Made by a program: the position numbers and the translations under genes. 64,000 nucleotides of DNA, from assembly GCA_965209055.1 (NCBI GenBank), contig OZ242374.1:2144001-2208000 (forward strand). Reading direction: 5' to 3'. The DNA comes from Acidobacteriota bacterium. GTDB lineage: Bacteria > Acidobacteriota > UBA6911 > RPQK01 > JAJDTT01. This document shows, one piece after another, positions 1 through 10,016 of the stretch. Under the pieces are notes generated by a model that was not told the DNA's origin, did not search any database, and was given only the letters and a program-made list of their open reading frames with translations. Within the stretch, counting starts at the first letter, position 1. Each line of letters starts with the position of its first letter.

Positions 1-2833
1 CGACGCCAGCATCTACCAGATTATGCCCCGGGGAGTGGTCGTCCCCCGGTGCGTGGAGGACGTGATCCGGACCGTCCGCACCTGCCGCCGCTACGGCGTC
101 CCCATCACCGCCCGCGGCGGAGGGACCTCCCAGGCCGGCCAGGCCATCGGCAGCGGTCTCCAACTGGATTTCTCCAAGTACATGAACCGGATCCTGGACC
201 TGGACGTGGAGGGCCGAACCGTGGTGGTGGAGCCGGGGATCGTCCTGGACGAGTTGAACCTCGCCCTCAAACCCCACGGCCTGGTCCTGCCGTTGGACCT
301 CTCCACCGCGAATCGGGCCACGGTGGGAGGCGCCATGGCCAACAACTCTGCAGGAACCCGGTCCGTGGTCTACGGCAAGACCATCGACTACGTTCTGGAG
401 CTGGACGTGGTGCTCTCGGACGGGAGCGTCGTCCACTTCGCACCCGTGGCGAAGGAAGACCTGGACGCCCGCTGCCGGAGCGGGGACCTGGAGGGTCACT
501 GCTACCGGATGGTGCGGTACCTGGCGCGCCGCCACGCTGACGAGATCGACCGGCGCTATCCCAAGATTCTGCGCCGGGTCGGCGGCTACAACCTGGACGA
601 CTTCGTCCCCACGGCCGAGTCCTTCAACCTCTCGCGCATCATGGTGGGGTCGGAGGGGACGCTGGGACTGGCCGTGGCGGCCAAGCTGCGCCTGGTCCCC
701 CTTCCCAAGCGCCGGGTGCTCTGCTCGGTCCAGTTCGATGGGGTCCTGGACTCTCTGGACGCCGTGTCGCCCATTCTGGAGCACGGCCCCTCCGCGGTGG
801 AGCTTCTGGACCGCTTCATCCTGGATACGACCAGGGGCAAGAGCGAGTATGAACCGTTGCGCGACTTCATCCAGGGAGACCCTGGAGGGGTCCTGCTGGT
901 GGAGTTCACGGGGAACACGCTGGAAGATCTTGCGGACCGGGTCGACCGCCTGGAAGCGGACCTGGCGAGCCGGCAATTGGGCAGCCACTTTCACCGGGCG
1001 CTGGAGCCGGACGCCCAGGCCCGCATCTGGCGGCTGCGCAAGGCGGGGCTCGGCCTGTCCATGTCGCAACGGGGAGACGCCAAGGCCCATTCCTTCGTGG
1101 AGGACACGGCGGTGGCGCCGGAGAACCTCAAGGAGTACATCCGGCGCTTCATGGAGGTGTTGGAGCGCCACCAGACCCGGGCGGGGTTCTACGCCCACGC
1201 CTCGGTGGGCCTGCTTCATGTCCGCCCCGTCGTGGATCTCAAGACCGCGGACGGAGTGGACAAGTTCGCCCGCATTGCCGACGAAGTCGCGGACCTGGTC
1301 CTGAAATACGGCGGCGCCCTTTCCGCCGAGCATGGCGACGGCCTGGTCCGGAGCCCGTTTCAGGAGAAGATGTACGGCCCGGTCCTGTACCAGGCCTTCC
1401 GCCGGCTCAAGGAGGCCTTCGATCCCACCGGCGTCTTCAATCCGGGCAAGATCGTGGACGCGCCTCCCATCACCGAGAACCTCAAGTTCGGGACTCAATA
1501 CACGACGCACGAGGTGGAGACCGTCTTCGACTTCTCCGACTACGGAGGCATTTCACGGGCCGCCGAGCAGTGCAGCGGGGTCGGCGCCTGCCGGCAGAGC
1601 CTGCGAGCCACCATGTGCCCCTCCTACCGGGCCACCCGGGACGAGGTGGACGTCACCCGCGGCCGGGCCAACGCCCTGCGGCTGGCCATCTCGGGTCAAT
1701 TGGGTCCCGACGGTTTGGCCGACAAGGACCTGTATCCGGTCCTGGACCTCTGCCTGGAGTGCAAGGCCTGCAAGACCGAGTGTCCCACCGGCGTGGACAT
1801 GGCCCGCCTCAAGAGCGAGTTTCTGCACCACTACCACGCCCGCCACGGCGCTCCCCTCGGGGCTCGCGTCGCCTCCCGCATGGATCTTCTGGCGCGCCTG
1901 GGAAGCCGTCTGGCGCCGCTGTCCAACTGGCTCTCGGCCGCCTCCGTGAGCCGCTGGTTGAACGAGAAGCTGTTGGGCCTGGACCGCCGGCGCCGGCTTC
2001 CCGAATTCGCCGGCCGGACCTTTCTGGACTGGTGGACCCGCCGAAATGGAGGCTCTGCGGCCGCGGAACAAGGTGACGTGGCCATCTTCGCCGACACCTT
2101 CACCAACTACTTCGAGCCGCAGCATGGAGTGGCCGCGGTGCGGGTGGCCCGCCGCCTGGGAGCCCGGGTCGTGGTGCCGGCCCGTGTCTGTTGCGGGCGG
2201 CCCCTCATCTCCAAGGGATTCCTGCGGCAGGCGGCGCGGCAGGCCGAAGCCACGACGCGGACCCTGACCCCCTTGGCGCAACGGGGGATCCCGATCGTCT
2301 TCTGCGAGCCCAGTTGTTATTCGGCCGTCTGCGACGACCATCCGCACCTGGTGTCCGAATCCATGCGGGAACAGGCTCGAGCCGTGGCCCGGGCGGCCCG
2401 AACCTTCGAGGAATGGTGCGGTCAGGCGCTGGAGGTTCTGCCGGAACCGGAGGTCGGCAGGCTGTTGGGCAACGGAGCTTCAGAATCCCAACAGATTCTG
2501 CTCCATGGCCACTGCCATCAAAAGGCTCTGGTGGGAATGGAGGCGGCCGTCGGGCTACTGTCGAAAATCCCGGGAGTTCAGGTCACACCTTTGGACAGCG
2601 GCTGCTGCGGCATGGCCGGGATGTTCGGATACGAGAGCAAGCACTACGAGGTGTCCCGCGCGGTGGGAGAGCTGCGCCTCTTTCCAGCTCTCAGAGAAGC
2701 CGCCTCCGGCACCGAGGTGGTGGCGCCCGGTTTCTCCTGCCGGCATCAGATCGATCACTTCACGGATCGACAGGCGGTCTCCTCCATGGAACTGCTGGCG
2801 TCGCTGATGGGAGAAGCCAGGACTCGGCCCTGA
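1..2833 (+). CDS. FAD-linked oxidoreductase with 4Fe-4S and CCG domains (GlcD/GlcF fusion, YdiJ-like); 5' end outside window
   Basis: Frame open from nt 2 (DASIYQ..); motifs ARGGGTSQAGQ, SAEHGDG, CSGVGAC, CLECKACKTECP, two CCG motifs. Confidence 0.9.
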   Translation, partial: DASIYQIMPRGVVVPRCVEDVIRTVRTCRRYGVPITARGGGTSQAGQAIGSGLQLDFSKYMNRILDLDVEGRTVVVEPGIVLDELNLALKPHGLVLPLDLSTANRATVGGAMANNSAGTRSVVYGKTIDYVLELDVVLSDGSVVHFAPVAKEDLDARCRSGDLEGHCYRMVRYLARRHADEIDRRYPKILRRVGGYNLDDFVPTAESFNLSRIMVGSEGTLGLAVAAKLRLVPLPKRRVLCSVQFDGVLDSLDAVSPILEHGPSAVELLDRFILDTTRGKSEYEPLRDFIQGDPGGVLLVEFTGNTLEDLADRVDRLEADLASRQLGSHFHRALEPDAQARIWRLRKAGLGLSMSQRGDAKAHSFVEDTAVAPENLKEYIRRFMEVLERHQTRAGFYAHASVGLLHVRPVVDLKTADGVDKFARIADEVADLVLKYGGALSAEHGDGLVRSPFQEKMYGPVLYQAFRRLKEAFDPTGVFNPGKIVDAPPITENLKFGTQYTTHEVETVFDFSDYGGISRAAEQCSGVGACRQSLRATMCPSYRATRDEVDVTRGRANALRLAISGQLGPDGLADKDLYPVLDLCLECKACKTECPTGVDMARLKSEFLHHYHARHGAPLGARVASRMDLLARLGSRLAPLSNWLSAASVSRWLNEKLLGLDRRRRLPEFAGRTFLDWWTRRNGGSAAAEQGDVAIFADTFTNYFEPQHGVAAVRVARRLGARVVVPARVCCGRPLISKGFLRQAARQAEATTRTLTPLAQRGIPIVFCEPSCYSAVCDDHPHLVSESMREQARAVARAARTFEEWCGQALEVLPEPEVGRLLGNGASESQQILLHGHCHQKALVGMEAAVGLLSKIPGVQVTPLDSGCCGMAGMFGYESKHYEVSRAVGELRLFPALREAASGTEVVAPGFSCRHQIDHFTDRQAVSSMELLASLMGEARTRP

Positions 2834-2955
2834 CGGGACTTCGCTAACCCGTGGCAGCTCCGCCGCCGCAATGCCCTACCATTCCCATCGATCAGCGGTC
2901 CCATGGGAACGTCAGGGAAGAGTGTGGTGGACTGTTTGATGGCAGTCCGTCCAAT

Positions 2956-3337
2956 TCACCAGAGTGTGGGTGCAGGATAGCGGGTAATTATCGGATCAGG
3001 CGTCACGATGGTCATCCCGTGGAGGATCGCCTGTGACACCAGACCCCGGTCGAACGGGTCGGAATGATACGGGGGTAGCTGAGTGTCATGTGCCGCGCAG
3101 GCTTCGTCGAAGGCCAACGATTCAATCTGCAGTTGCTCCCGTTGGTTGGCCACGTAGCGTCCGGGCGATTCGGGTAGCGGCAGCCGCCCCAGTCGATGCT
3201 TGATGGCGATTTCCCACACAGAGAGCGAGCTGAGGTAGACGGCGTTCGCCGGATTCACGAAAGCAGCACGAACCCGGGCCGTAAGACGAGGATCGTTACC
3301 CGCCAACCAGAGGAAAGTGCAGGTATCGACCTCTCAC
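2956..3337 (-). pseudogene. vapC: VapC/PIN toxin with broken N-terminus
   Basis: VDTCTFLWL..SSLSVWEIAIK..HSDPFDRGLVSQA..VTPD is a PIN toxin signature. The GTG at 3337 is out of frame with the first catalytic Asp, and an in-frame TGA lies at 3334-3336. Confidence 0.7.
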
Positions 3338-3582
3338 TACGACTCGCCACCACTTCCGAAAGCCCGGAGGATGTCCTCAGGAAGCGGCTCGAAGAAACTG
3401 TCAGGCACCTTCAGGCCCGGATCGGTACCGATCGGACGTTTCTTCATGGACAGCTTTGGAAGGGGTCGGATCTCGGCAATGGGCACATTGCGTCGACACA
3501 GGACCACCGTCTCACCCCGTTCGACGCTCTGGAGGTACTCTGAGAGACGGGCTTTCGCCTGCGCGATGTTTGCCTTGATCAT
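3337..3582 (-). CDS. Phd/YefM family antitoxin
   Basis: MIKANIAQAKARLSEYLQSVERGETVVLCRRNVPIAEI Phd motif; directly upstream of the PIN toxin. Confidence 0.9.
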   Translation of the reverse strand: MIKANIAQAKARLSEYLQSVERGETVVLCRRNVPIAEIRPLPKLSMKKRPIGTDPGLKVPDSFFEPLPEDILRAFGSGGES

Positions 3583-3595
3583 GGTCAAATACTAG

Positions 3596-4786
3596 GGAAG
3601 GTCTGATTAAGTCGAGTCAGCGTTCTGCACGATAATTCTTTCATCATCACTGCGTTGGGGGGAAAGACGATGTCGCAACGGACGTTCGCAGATCTGGAAT
3701 ACGACACCAAGAAGCGGGTGACCCGTCGAGAGAAGTTTCTGGCCCGCATGGACGGGTTGATTCCGTGGGAGCATTTGGAAGCCCGGATTGAGCCGTTTTA
3801 CCCGAAAGCGGGACGGGGCCGGCGTCCCTACCCGCTCTCGACGATGCTGCGGGTTCACTGCGTGCAGCTGTTTTACAACCTGAGCGATCCGGGGATGGAA
3901 GATCTGCTCTATGAGGTGGAATCGGTGCGGCGGTTCGTGGGCCTGAAGCTCACGGGGCCGCTGCCGGACGAGACGACGATTCTGAAGTTCCGTCATCGGC
4001 TGGAGGAGCATGGTCTGGGGGAGGCGCTGTTCGAGGAGATCGGTTCTCACCTGCAGCGGCAAGGCCTGCGGCTGAGCCGTGGGACGATCGTCGACGCGAG
4101 TATCCTGGCGGCGCCTTCCTCGACGAAAAACAAGGATCGGGCGCGGGATCCGGAGATGCACCAGACGAAAAAGGGAAAACAGTGGTATTTCGGAATGAAG
4201 GCCCACTTGGGGGTGGACGCCCAGACGGGGGTGGCGCACACGGTGGTGACGGCTCCGGCCAACGAGCATGACGTGACGCGGGCCTCCGAATTGCTGCACG
4301 GCTCGGAGTCGCAAGTTTGGGGGGATTCCGGATACCAGGGAGTGCAGAAGCGGTCGGAGAATCGAGATCGGCCGATGGATTGGCAGGTGATGATGAAGCC
4401 CGGGAAGCGTTGGCAGCTGTCGCCGGAGAGTGAGGCGGCGTTGGCCGAGCGGCGCAAGGCATCGGTTCGGGCGAAGGCCGAACATGTGTTCGGGTACCTG
4501 AAACGGCATTTCGGCTACGCCAAGGTGCGCTACCGCGGGCTGGCGAAAAACACCCAACGGATCTATCTGCTGGTGGGATTCGCCAATCTGATGATCGCCG
4601 AGCGCTCCGGTGTGACCGCCTGATCGGAATGCGGCACGGCTGTGTTTGAGGCTGGGGAAACCGTCTCGCAATCGCTTGGTCAAGACCAATTCAGGGTTGC
4701 AAATCCCACGTTACAACGCCTGGATCCGAAAAAGGCAGAGATACAAGGTCTGTTTCGCCCCGTATGAGGACTTATTCAGACCTTCC
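3596..4786 (+). mobile_element. IS5-family insertion sequence (1191 bp) with CTAG target duplication
   Basis: Terminal IRs GGAAGGTCTGATTAAGTC (3596) and GACTTATTCAGACCTTCC (ends 4786), 17/18 match; CTAG at 3592-3595 and 4787-4790. Confidence 0.95.
3670..4623 (+). CDS. IS5 family DDE transposase
   Basis: GRRPYPL, PDETTI, IVDAS, WYFGMKAH, GDSGYQG, RAKAEHVF, KVRYRGL motifs; intact ORF. Confidence 0.95.
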   Translation: MSQRTFADLEYDTKKRVTRREKFLARMDGLIPWEHLEARIEPFYPKAGRGRRPYPLSTMLRVHCVQLFYNLSDPGMEDLLYEVESVRRFVGLKLTGPLPDETTILKFRHRLEEHGLGEALFEEIGSHLQRQGLRLSRGTIVDASILAAPSSTKNKDRARDPEMHQTKKGKQWYFGMKAHLGVDAQTGVAHTVVTAPANEHDVTRASELLHGSESQVWGDSGYQGVQKRSENRDRPMDWQVMMKPGKRWQLSPESEAALAERRKASVRAKAEHVFGYLKRHFGYAKVRYRGLAKNTQRIYLLVGFANLMIAERSGVTA

Positions 4787-4814
4787 CTAGATCAACAATA
4801 TGACTATCAACAAG

Positions 4815-5975
4815 TTACAGATAGAGGTGGAGCTGTGCCAGAAGCGTTTTCGTGTGCAGGTCGCCGAACCGGAAGTGGTCCCGGTAGTACGACAGGCTCA
4901 CGTGCCAGTGGGTCCGCGGATAGAAGTCCAGGCCGTACACCATGCGGCGCACATCACCCCAAGGGTCCTTGTCGGTCCAGCGCACCTGCGGCGACACTCT
5001 CAGCCAGATCCCCCGGAACGCTTCCACCGACGTCTGGTTGGCGACTATGTACGCCCGATCGCTCCGGGCCAGACTTTGGAGCCGGCGGTCGGCGTGGGTC
5101 CAGGTGACCAGCCAGCGCACCGGGGCATATCCGAAGGACACGCCGGTGTGCGTGCTTCGGGGCCTGAAATCGGTCTCGCCGCGGTACAGCAGCGACCCCG
5201 CGACGACGGTGCGCGGGGTGAGGTCGAACTGGTACCGGCCGCTCACGGTGAATGCTGCCCGGCCCTTGCCGTCGATGAGCGAGTCGGCGCGGCCCGGACC
5301 GACCGACATTTGCAGCAGCGATCGATCGAGCGACAGCCCCACCTCGACCCCGTAGACCTGGTCGTCCTGCGCGAGGCCCGGGCCCTCGCGTGTAAATGAG
5401 GTGTGATCCGCGAACCGAACGCCGTAGGCCGGCAGGAAGCGCCCTCCCCGCACGCTCAGCGCATCGCTGACCTGGTAGGCCACCCAATGTTCGTAGAAGA
5501 CGAATTCACCGCCTCTTACGGGCTTTCGTCCAACGCTCCCGTAGGCTGTCCAGCGGTCCCGTTTCCAGGCGGCCTGCAGATCGAGGTTCATCAGGAAATT
5601 GCGGTCGTCGATGGCGATGCCGGGCACCGTGACGCCCACGTGCGAGGGCCGGAGGTCGAGGCCGAGTTGCAGGGGGGAGTCGCTCCCAATGGCGCCGTAC
5701 AGGAAGGATTCCTCGCTTCGGGTCCCTCCCGGGGATGCCGCGCCAGCCGCTGGGCGCCGGCCGAAAGTCGAGATCTCCTCCCGCGACAGCGACCGCCCGT
5801 AAGGCGTGAGCAATCCACCGCCCGATGGCGAGTAGTGGCAGGCCGTGCATCGCGGGTACTGCTTGGAGAGGAAAATCGGTTCGGCGGATGCAGGCGTCAT
5901 GCCCCAACCGCCGAGGAGAGCGGCGGCTGCGAGACCCGTTCCCAAGCTTCGGCGCAACGTTGCCGTACGGATCAT
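4815..5975 (-). CDS. Exported protein with N-terminal CxxCH and probable C-terminal beta-barrel
   Basis: Signal peptide, CTACH, amphipathic strands, C-terminal QLHLYL; ATGA overlap with upstream gene. Confidence 0.7.
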   Translation of the reverse strand: MIRTATLRRSLGTGLAAAALLGGWGMTPASAEPIFLSKQYPRCTACHYSPSGGGLLTPYGRSLSREEISTFGRRPAAGAASPGGTRSEESFLYGAIGSDSPLQLGLDLRPSHVGVTVPGIAIDDRNFLMNLDLQAAWKRDRWTAYGSVGRKPVRGGEFVFYEHWVAYQVSDALSVRGGRFLPAYGVRFADHTSFTREGPGLAQDDQVYGVEVGLSLDRSLLQMSVGPGRADSLIDGKGRAAFTVSGRYQFDLTPRTVVAGSLLYRGETDFRPRSTHTGVSFGYAPVRWLVTWTHADRRLQSLARSDRAYIVANQTSVEAFRGIWLRVSPQVRWTDKDPWGDVRRMVYGLDFYPRTHWHVSLSYYRDHFRFGDLHTKTLLAQLHLYL

Positions 5976-6643
5976 TGGGGCCCACCGGTGGAAGAGTTGT
6001 CGCTGACCGCGTCGAAGGTGACGAGGATTCCGACCTCGTCGCGCACACCGACGCCCAGATAGCGGGGAGGGGGGATGTCGAACACCTTCAGGCTCAACGA
6101 GAACGCCGCCTGCACGTGAAGCTGCCCGTCGCGCCGGCTCAGTTCCGCCTTGCCCGCTATGGCCCTTTCGACTCCGTGCAGCGACAACGTTCCCGAGAAC
6201 GGCGTCTTGTGGCGGGCGGCGTCCGGCGGGAGCGGGACAGCCAGTTCGATGCCGGTCAGGGCGGCGTGCCGGAACCGCTCACCGCGGGCCACCTCCAGAT
6301 AGGTCTCCCGCAGGTGGTTGTTGCGCAGTTCGATGCCGGTGTCGAGGGGGACGAGATCGACCCGGAGCGTGCCCGCATAGGACGCTTCGGGCCCGGTTTG
6401 CCGCAAGGTTCCGGAAATCGCCGACGTGGCGGCGTCGAAGCTGCCGCCGACGGTGAGGCGGCAGCGGACCCGCACATTCCCGGACGTAAGATTCCAGGAT
6501 TGTTCGGCACTTGCCGGCCATGCGGCGGCCAAGTCGAGGGTGGCCGGCAGAAGCGTCGTTGCGAGGGCGATCGAGACGACCCTCCGCGGAACCTTCAGGG
6601 TAAGTCCCCGGCTCGTATGAAGGACTCGCGAACACGTTGTCAT
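5972..6643 (-). CDS. YceI family lipid/polyisoprenoid-binding protein
   Basis: LDTGIELRNNHLR..GTLSLHGVER..FDIPPP YceI motifs; signal peptide. Confidence 0.85.
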   Translation of the reverse strand: MTTCSRVLHTSRGLTLKVPRRVVSIALATTLLPATLDLAAAWPASAEQSWNLTSGNVRVRCRLTVGGSFDAATSAISGTLRQTGPEASYAGTLRVDLVPLDTGIELRNNHLRETYLEVARGERFRHAALTGIELAVPLPPDAARHKTPFSGTLSLHGVERAIAGKAELSRRDGQLHVQAAFSLSLKVFDIPPPRYLGVGVRDEVGILVTFDAVSDNSSTGGPQ

Positions 6644-7914
6644 TGCATCGGTGCAACGGGAAGGCTTGCCATATTATTTCCGGAACTTATACGCAGCACT
6701 GTAGCCGCCACCCGGCCATGTGACGGAACGACCTCCAGAACACCCTGGAAATCTGTCAAGTCGGGGACAGGATCGTCCCAATTGAACTCCTCGATGAAGC
6801 GGGCCATGTGTCCATTTCCAGCCAACGGATCTGTGGCCACTGTTCCCGTTCCTGTCTCAGCGCCATCCAGGTCGATGAGCCTCACTTGAAGGGTCTTTTC
6901 CTCGGCGTCCAGATTCATCACAGCCACACCCGTTCTGATGAACCTGTCACCGGTACGGTTTTCCGCAGGAGCTCGAAACCCGGCCAGCGGCTCACTATTG
7001 CCGACCCCGGCCACACCCAGAGTTGCGCCCTCGAACAAGACAACGCCGCTCAGCGGCCCGTCGGAATGAACAGTCAAAGATCCTGCAACGACCGGCCCCT
7101 GGCCGTCGCTTGCGTAAACTGCGCCTCCACCGCCTGCAATACTGAAGACCTCGGTTTCTCCCGAAACCATCTCCCCGTTCAGAACCACATTCAGGGGAGC
7201 CCCATCGCCGCCCCGTAGTTCCAGCTTCGCGTTGACAGCTTCCCCAATACCATTCAGAAGAGAGATCTGGCTGACAATCCCGGCCCCATTGGCGAATTGC
7301 GCGAAATGGAGCCTTTCGGTCAACTCGACGGGACTCGGGACATTGATCTCGCTGTCGGTGGGAATTGAGACAGCGAGAGTGTTGATCGCATCTCCCGTCG
7401 GCCTGTCGTTACCGTCGGCGGAATTGGACGCCACCCTCAATGTCACGCTTGTCTCTTTCGGATCCATCGGCGCCGTCCACTGAAAGTCGACCATCCCGGC
7501 ATCCAGGTTGTTGGTATGAGTCAGTATCTGCGGCCCCACTCCGTCGACCACGGTGGTGTCTCGGGTGACGGCCGTAAGGGCGCCCGCCTGCGTGCCATCG
7601 GAGAAAACAGCTGCCACCTGGAACCCGTACGTCGTGCCTCCAGTGATCGTGATCCCCAAGTCGTAAGTTTCGCCAGGAACGAAACTTTCGGGCAGATTAT
7701 TGAAGGAGACGGAACCGGCCTCGTTCAACGTGCTGCCGGAAGCAAAGTGACAGCCGGGCACGTAACAGCCGCGATCGTTGAGGACGCTGCCCGCTAACGG
7801 AATTTTCCGACCGTCAGGAAACCCTCCGATTGAGGCCACGAACAATAGGGACAGGAAGGCAAGCAGAGTTCCGAAACCGGCCAGAGCCGGCAGTCTTTCC
7901 CAGAACTTCTTCAT
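6640..7914 (-). CDS. Exported Reeler/choice-of-anchor-V-like protein with CxxxxCH motif
   Basis: CYVPGCH, PGETY..YGFQ..FQWTAP..GD Reeler pattern; second beta-rich C-terminal domain. Confidence 0.65.
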   Translation of the reverse strand: MKKFWERLPALAGFGTLLAFLSLLFVASIGGFPDGRKIPLAGSVLNDRGCYVPGCHFASGSTLNEAGSVSFNNLPESFVPGETYDLGITITGGTTYGFQVAAVFSDGTQAGALTAVTRDTTVVDGVGPQILTHTNNLDAGMVDFQWTAPMDPKETSVTLRVASNSADGNDRPTGDAINTLAVSIPTDSEINVPSPVELTERLHFAQFANGAGIVSQISLLNGIGEAVNAKLELRGGDGAPLNVVLNGEMVSGETEVFSIAGGGGAVYASDGQGPVVAGSLTVHSDGPLSGVVLFEGATLGVAGVGNSEPLAGFRAPAENRTGDRFIRTGVAVMNLDAEEKTLQVRLIDLDGAETGTGTVATDPLAGNGHMARFIEEFNWDDPVPDLTDFQGVLEVVPSHGRVAATVLRISSGNNMASLPVAPMQ

Positions 7915-8114
7915 GGTTATGATCCTCGACGAATTCTCTGATGACCGTATGTTAGCGACGGCCCGGCGTCAATTCACTTCCCTATCGCGATCAACGGGTG
8001 ACGCCGATTTTTTCCTGAAAGCTCAGACCGATGGGAGAGGATGACCGTCGGCCCTGAAGGACTGGCTCGAAACCGCACCGGTTCCCCGGCCCGTCGTCCC
8101 GCGTACAGAAGCGA

Positions 8115-9926
8115 TCAGCGATCCCAGGGAAACGCCAGCGTGGGACTCTGGGAGTAACGATCCAGAGACAAAACAAGTCGTCCGCCGCTCCCCGGCTTCA
8201 GCCGGACCCGGAAATGGGAGTCGTTCACCGGGGTCGCCCGGCCCCTGTGGTTCACCGAGAGGCATTGGTGCTCGGCGTAGCCGCCGGTTTGAACCACCAC
8301 TTCCCGTGCGTGTACGGGGCTCACGTTGACCAGCGTCAAGGTGACGGACCCTGGCCCGAGCTTTTCCACCAGTGCTCCCACGCCGGGCGGCAGGCCGGGC
8401 CGCCGGCGGTCCGGATCGAAATACCGCACCTGCGCATGGAGAGCATTCCCCGATCCCCCCGGGTAGTTGGCTCCCATCATCAGGTGCAGCAGCGAGGTGA
8501 CGGCGACGGTTCGGGCAAAACCGGTTGAGGACCGGGTGTCTCGAGTCGCTCCGTCCTCTCTCAGACGCTTCATCTGAAGGCCGATGACGGCGAAATCCTG
8601 TTGCAGAGCCTCCAGCGGGTAGCTGTCGTAGCGACCCTCCAGGTAGCGGATCCAGGGGTGGGCCGAGACCCGCCCGCGCTGGACCGGATCGACAGGATTG
8701 TCCAGAGACCAGAGATAGAGATCGACCTGCTCTTCCAGGTAGACGTTTTCGGTGTATCCGTACCAGCCGTCGTCTCCGTGCTTGTGAGGAATGAGAATCC
8801 GTCCGTTCTCCTCCCGGCCGGCCGCATACAGGTTGTCCATCTGGCGCCTGATGACGGCCGGGTATTCGCGATCTCCCGTCAATAGCAGGGCGATGCCGAA
8901 GCCGATGCGCGATCCCCGAATGAACATGTTGTTTCCCGGATTGGGTTGCCCCTCGCGATCGGGCGTGAACTCGTCGAAACGGGGACGAAAGTTCCAACCG
9001 TAGACTCCCCCGTACCACTTTCCGTCCCACTGCCCCCCGATTTGTCCGTCCAGGCCGATATTGGTGGGAATGTTGCCGCCGTTGGCCCGGGCCCTTTCCT
9101 TCCAGGCATCCACGTACTCCAGGATCCAGTTCCGGTACTTCTCCTCGTGGGTGAGCATGTAGGCCGTCATGGCCAGATGCGTGGCCATCAGGTTCAGAGG
9201 ATGGTCGCCGCTCAGGTCCACCATGTAGCCCTGGCGGGAGAACCGGAGGGTCCTTCGGGGCCGGCCCGGCCGGGAGTCGTGCCGGGGCCGGGGAGGTCCG
9301 GCCCAGTGGGCCTCGGTGGGTACTCCCAGCAGCGGCCCCCGGCTGCCGTTGAAGAGGCTCCGGATGATCTTGCGCTCCGGATCGTAGTTGGGAGCCGACG
9401 GGTCCTCGTCCATGTAGAAGGCGCTGAACCGCCGGGCGCGAATCAGGTACTGGGGATCCTTGGGGCGCGCCATCCCGTACCAGTACCAGCCCGCCATGCC
9501 TTCGCCGATGTGCTCCCAGTCGAAGGAAGGACAGAACTCCCGGTAGTACATCCCATCCCGGGTCGCCTCCACCAGCGGCTCCCGAGCCTCGGTGAACTGC
9601 TCCAGGTGCCCCTCCCAGATCTTCTTGTAGGTGGCGAGGACCGATTCGGATCCCCCCAGGATGTAGAGCAGCGGCCAGTGCCGGAACCTCTCCATGACGT
9701 CGTCGGCCCCGTCCATCCCGCCCCAGTTGGGCGTGATGGCCAGCCAGCCCCGCTCGTCCATGTACCTGTCGGCGAGCCGCCGGGCTTCTTCGGCATTGGC
9801 TTCCAGGAGAGCCCGTTGCGCCAGCGCCCACGCCGGCGGAGGCATGGGATCGTCCAAGGTGATCCGGGTCTCGGAGCGCACCGGCGTAGAGATGGCCAGG
9901 AAGAACAAAATGCCGAGTCGGCGCAT
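8115..9926 (-). CDS. Secreted conserved hypothetical protein (possible alpha/alpha-barrel glycosidase-like)
   Basis: Long ORF with signal peptide MRRLGILFFL after GGAGGA SD; Trp/Tyr-rich. Confidence 0.7.
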   Translation of the reverse strand: MRRLGILFFLAISTPVRSETRITLDDPMPPPAWALAQRALLEANAEEARRLADRYMDERGWLAITPNWGGMDGADDVMERFRHWPLLYILGGSESVLATYKKIWEGHLEQFTEAREPLVEATRDGMYYREFCPSFDWEHIGEGMAGWYWYGMARPKDPQYLIRARRFSAFYMDEDPSAPNYDPERKIIRSLFNGSRGPLLGVPTEAHWAGPPRPRHDSRPGRPRRTLRFSRQGYMVDLSGDHPLNLMATHLAMTAYMLTHEEKYRNWILEYVDAWKERARANGGNIPTNIGLDGQIGGQWDGKWYGGVYGWNFRPRFDEFTPDREGQPNPGNNMFIRGSRIGFGIALLLTGDREYPAVIRRQMDNLYAAGREENGRILIPHKHGDDGWYGYTENVYLEEQVDLYLWSLDNPVDPVQRGRVSAHPWIRYLEGRYDSYPLEALQQDFAVIGLQMKRLREDGATRDTRSSTGFARTVAVTSLLHLMMGANYPGGSGNALHAQVRYFDPDRRRPGLPPGVGALVEKLGPGSVTLTLVNVSPVHAREVVVQTGGYAEHQCLSVNHRGRATPVNDSHFRVRLKPGSGGRLVLSLDRYSQSPTLAFPWDR

Positions 9927-10016
9927 TGGGAGTCCTCCGTACACGGCCGGAACAGGCCTAACGAAAGGGATTGACTTCTTCTTGCTTTTCCCAGCAATTG
10001 TAGTCACAAAGATCAC

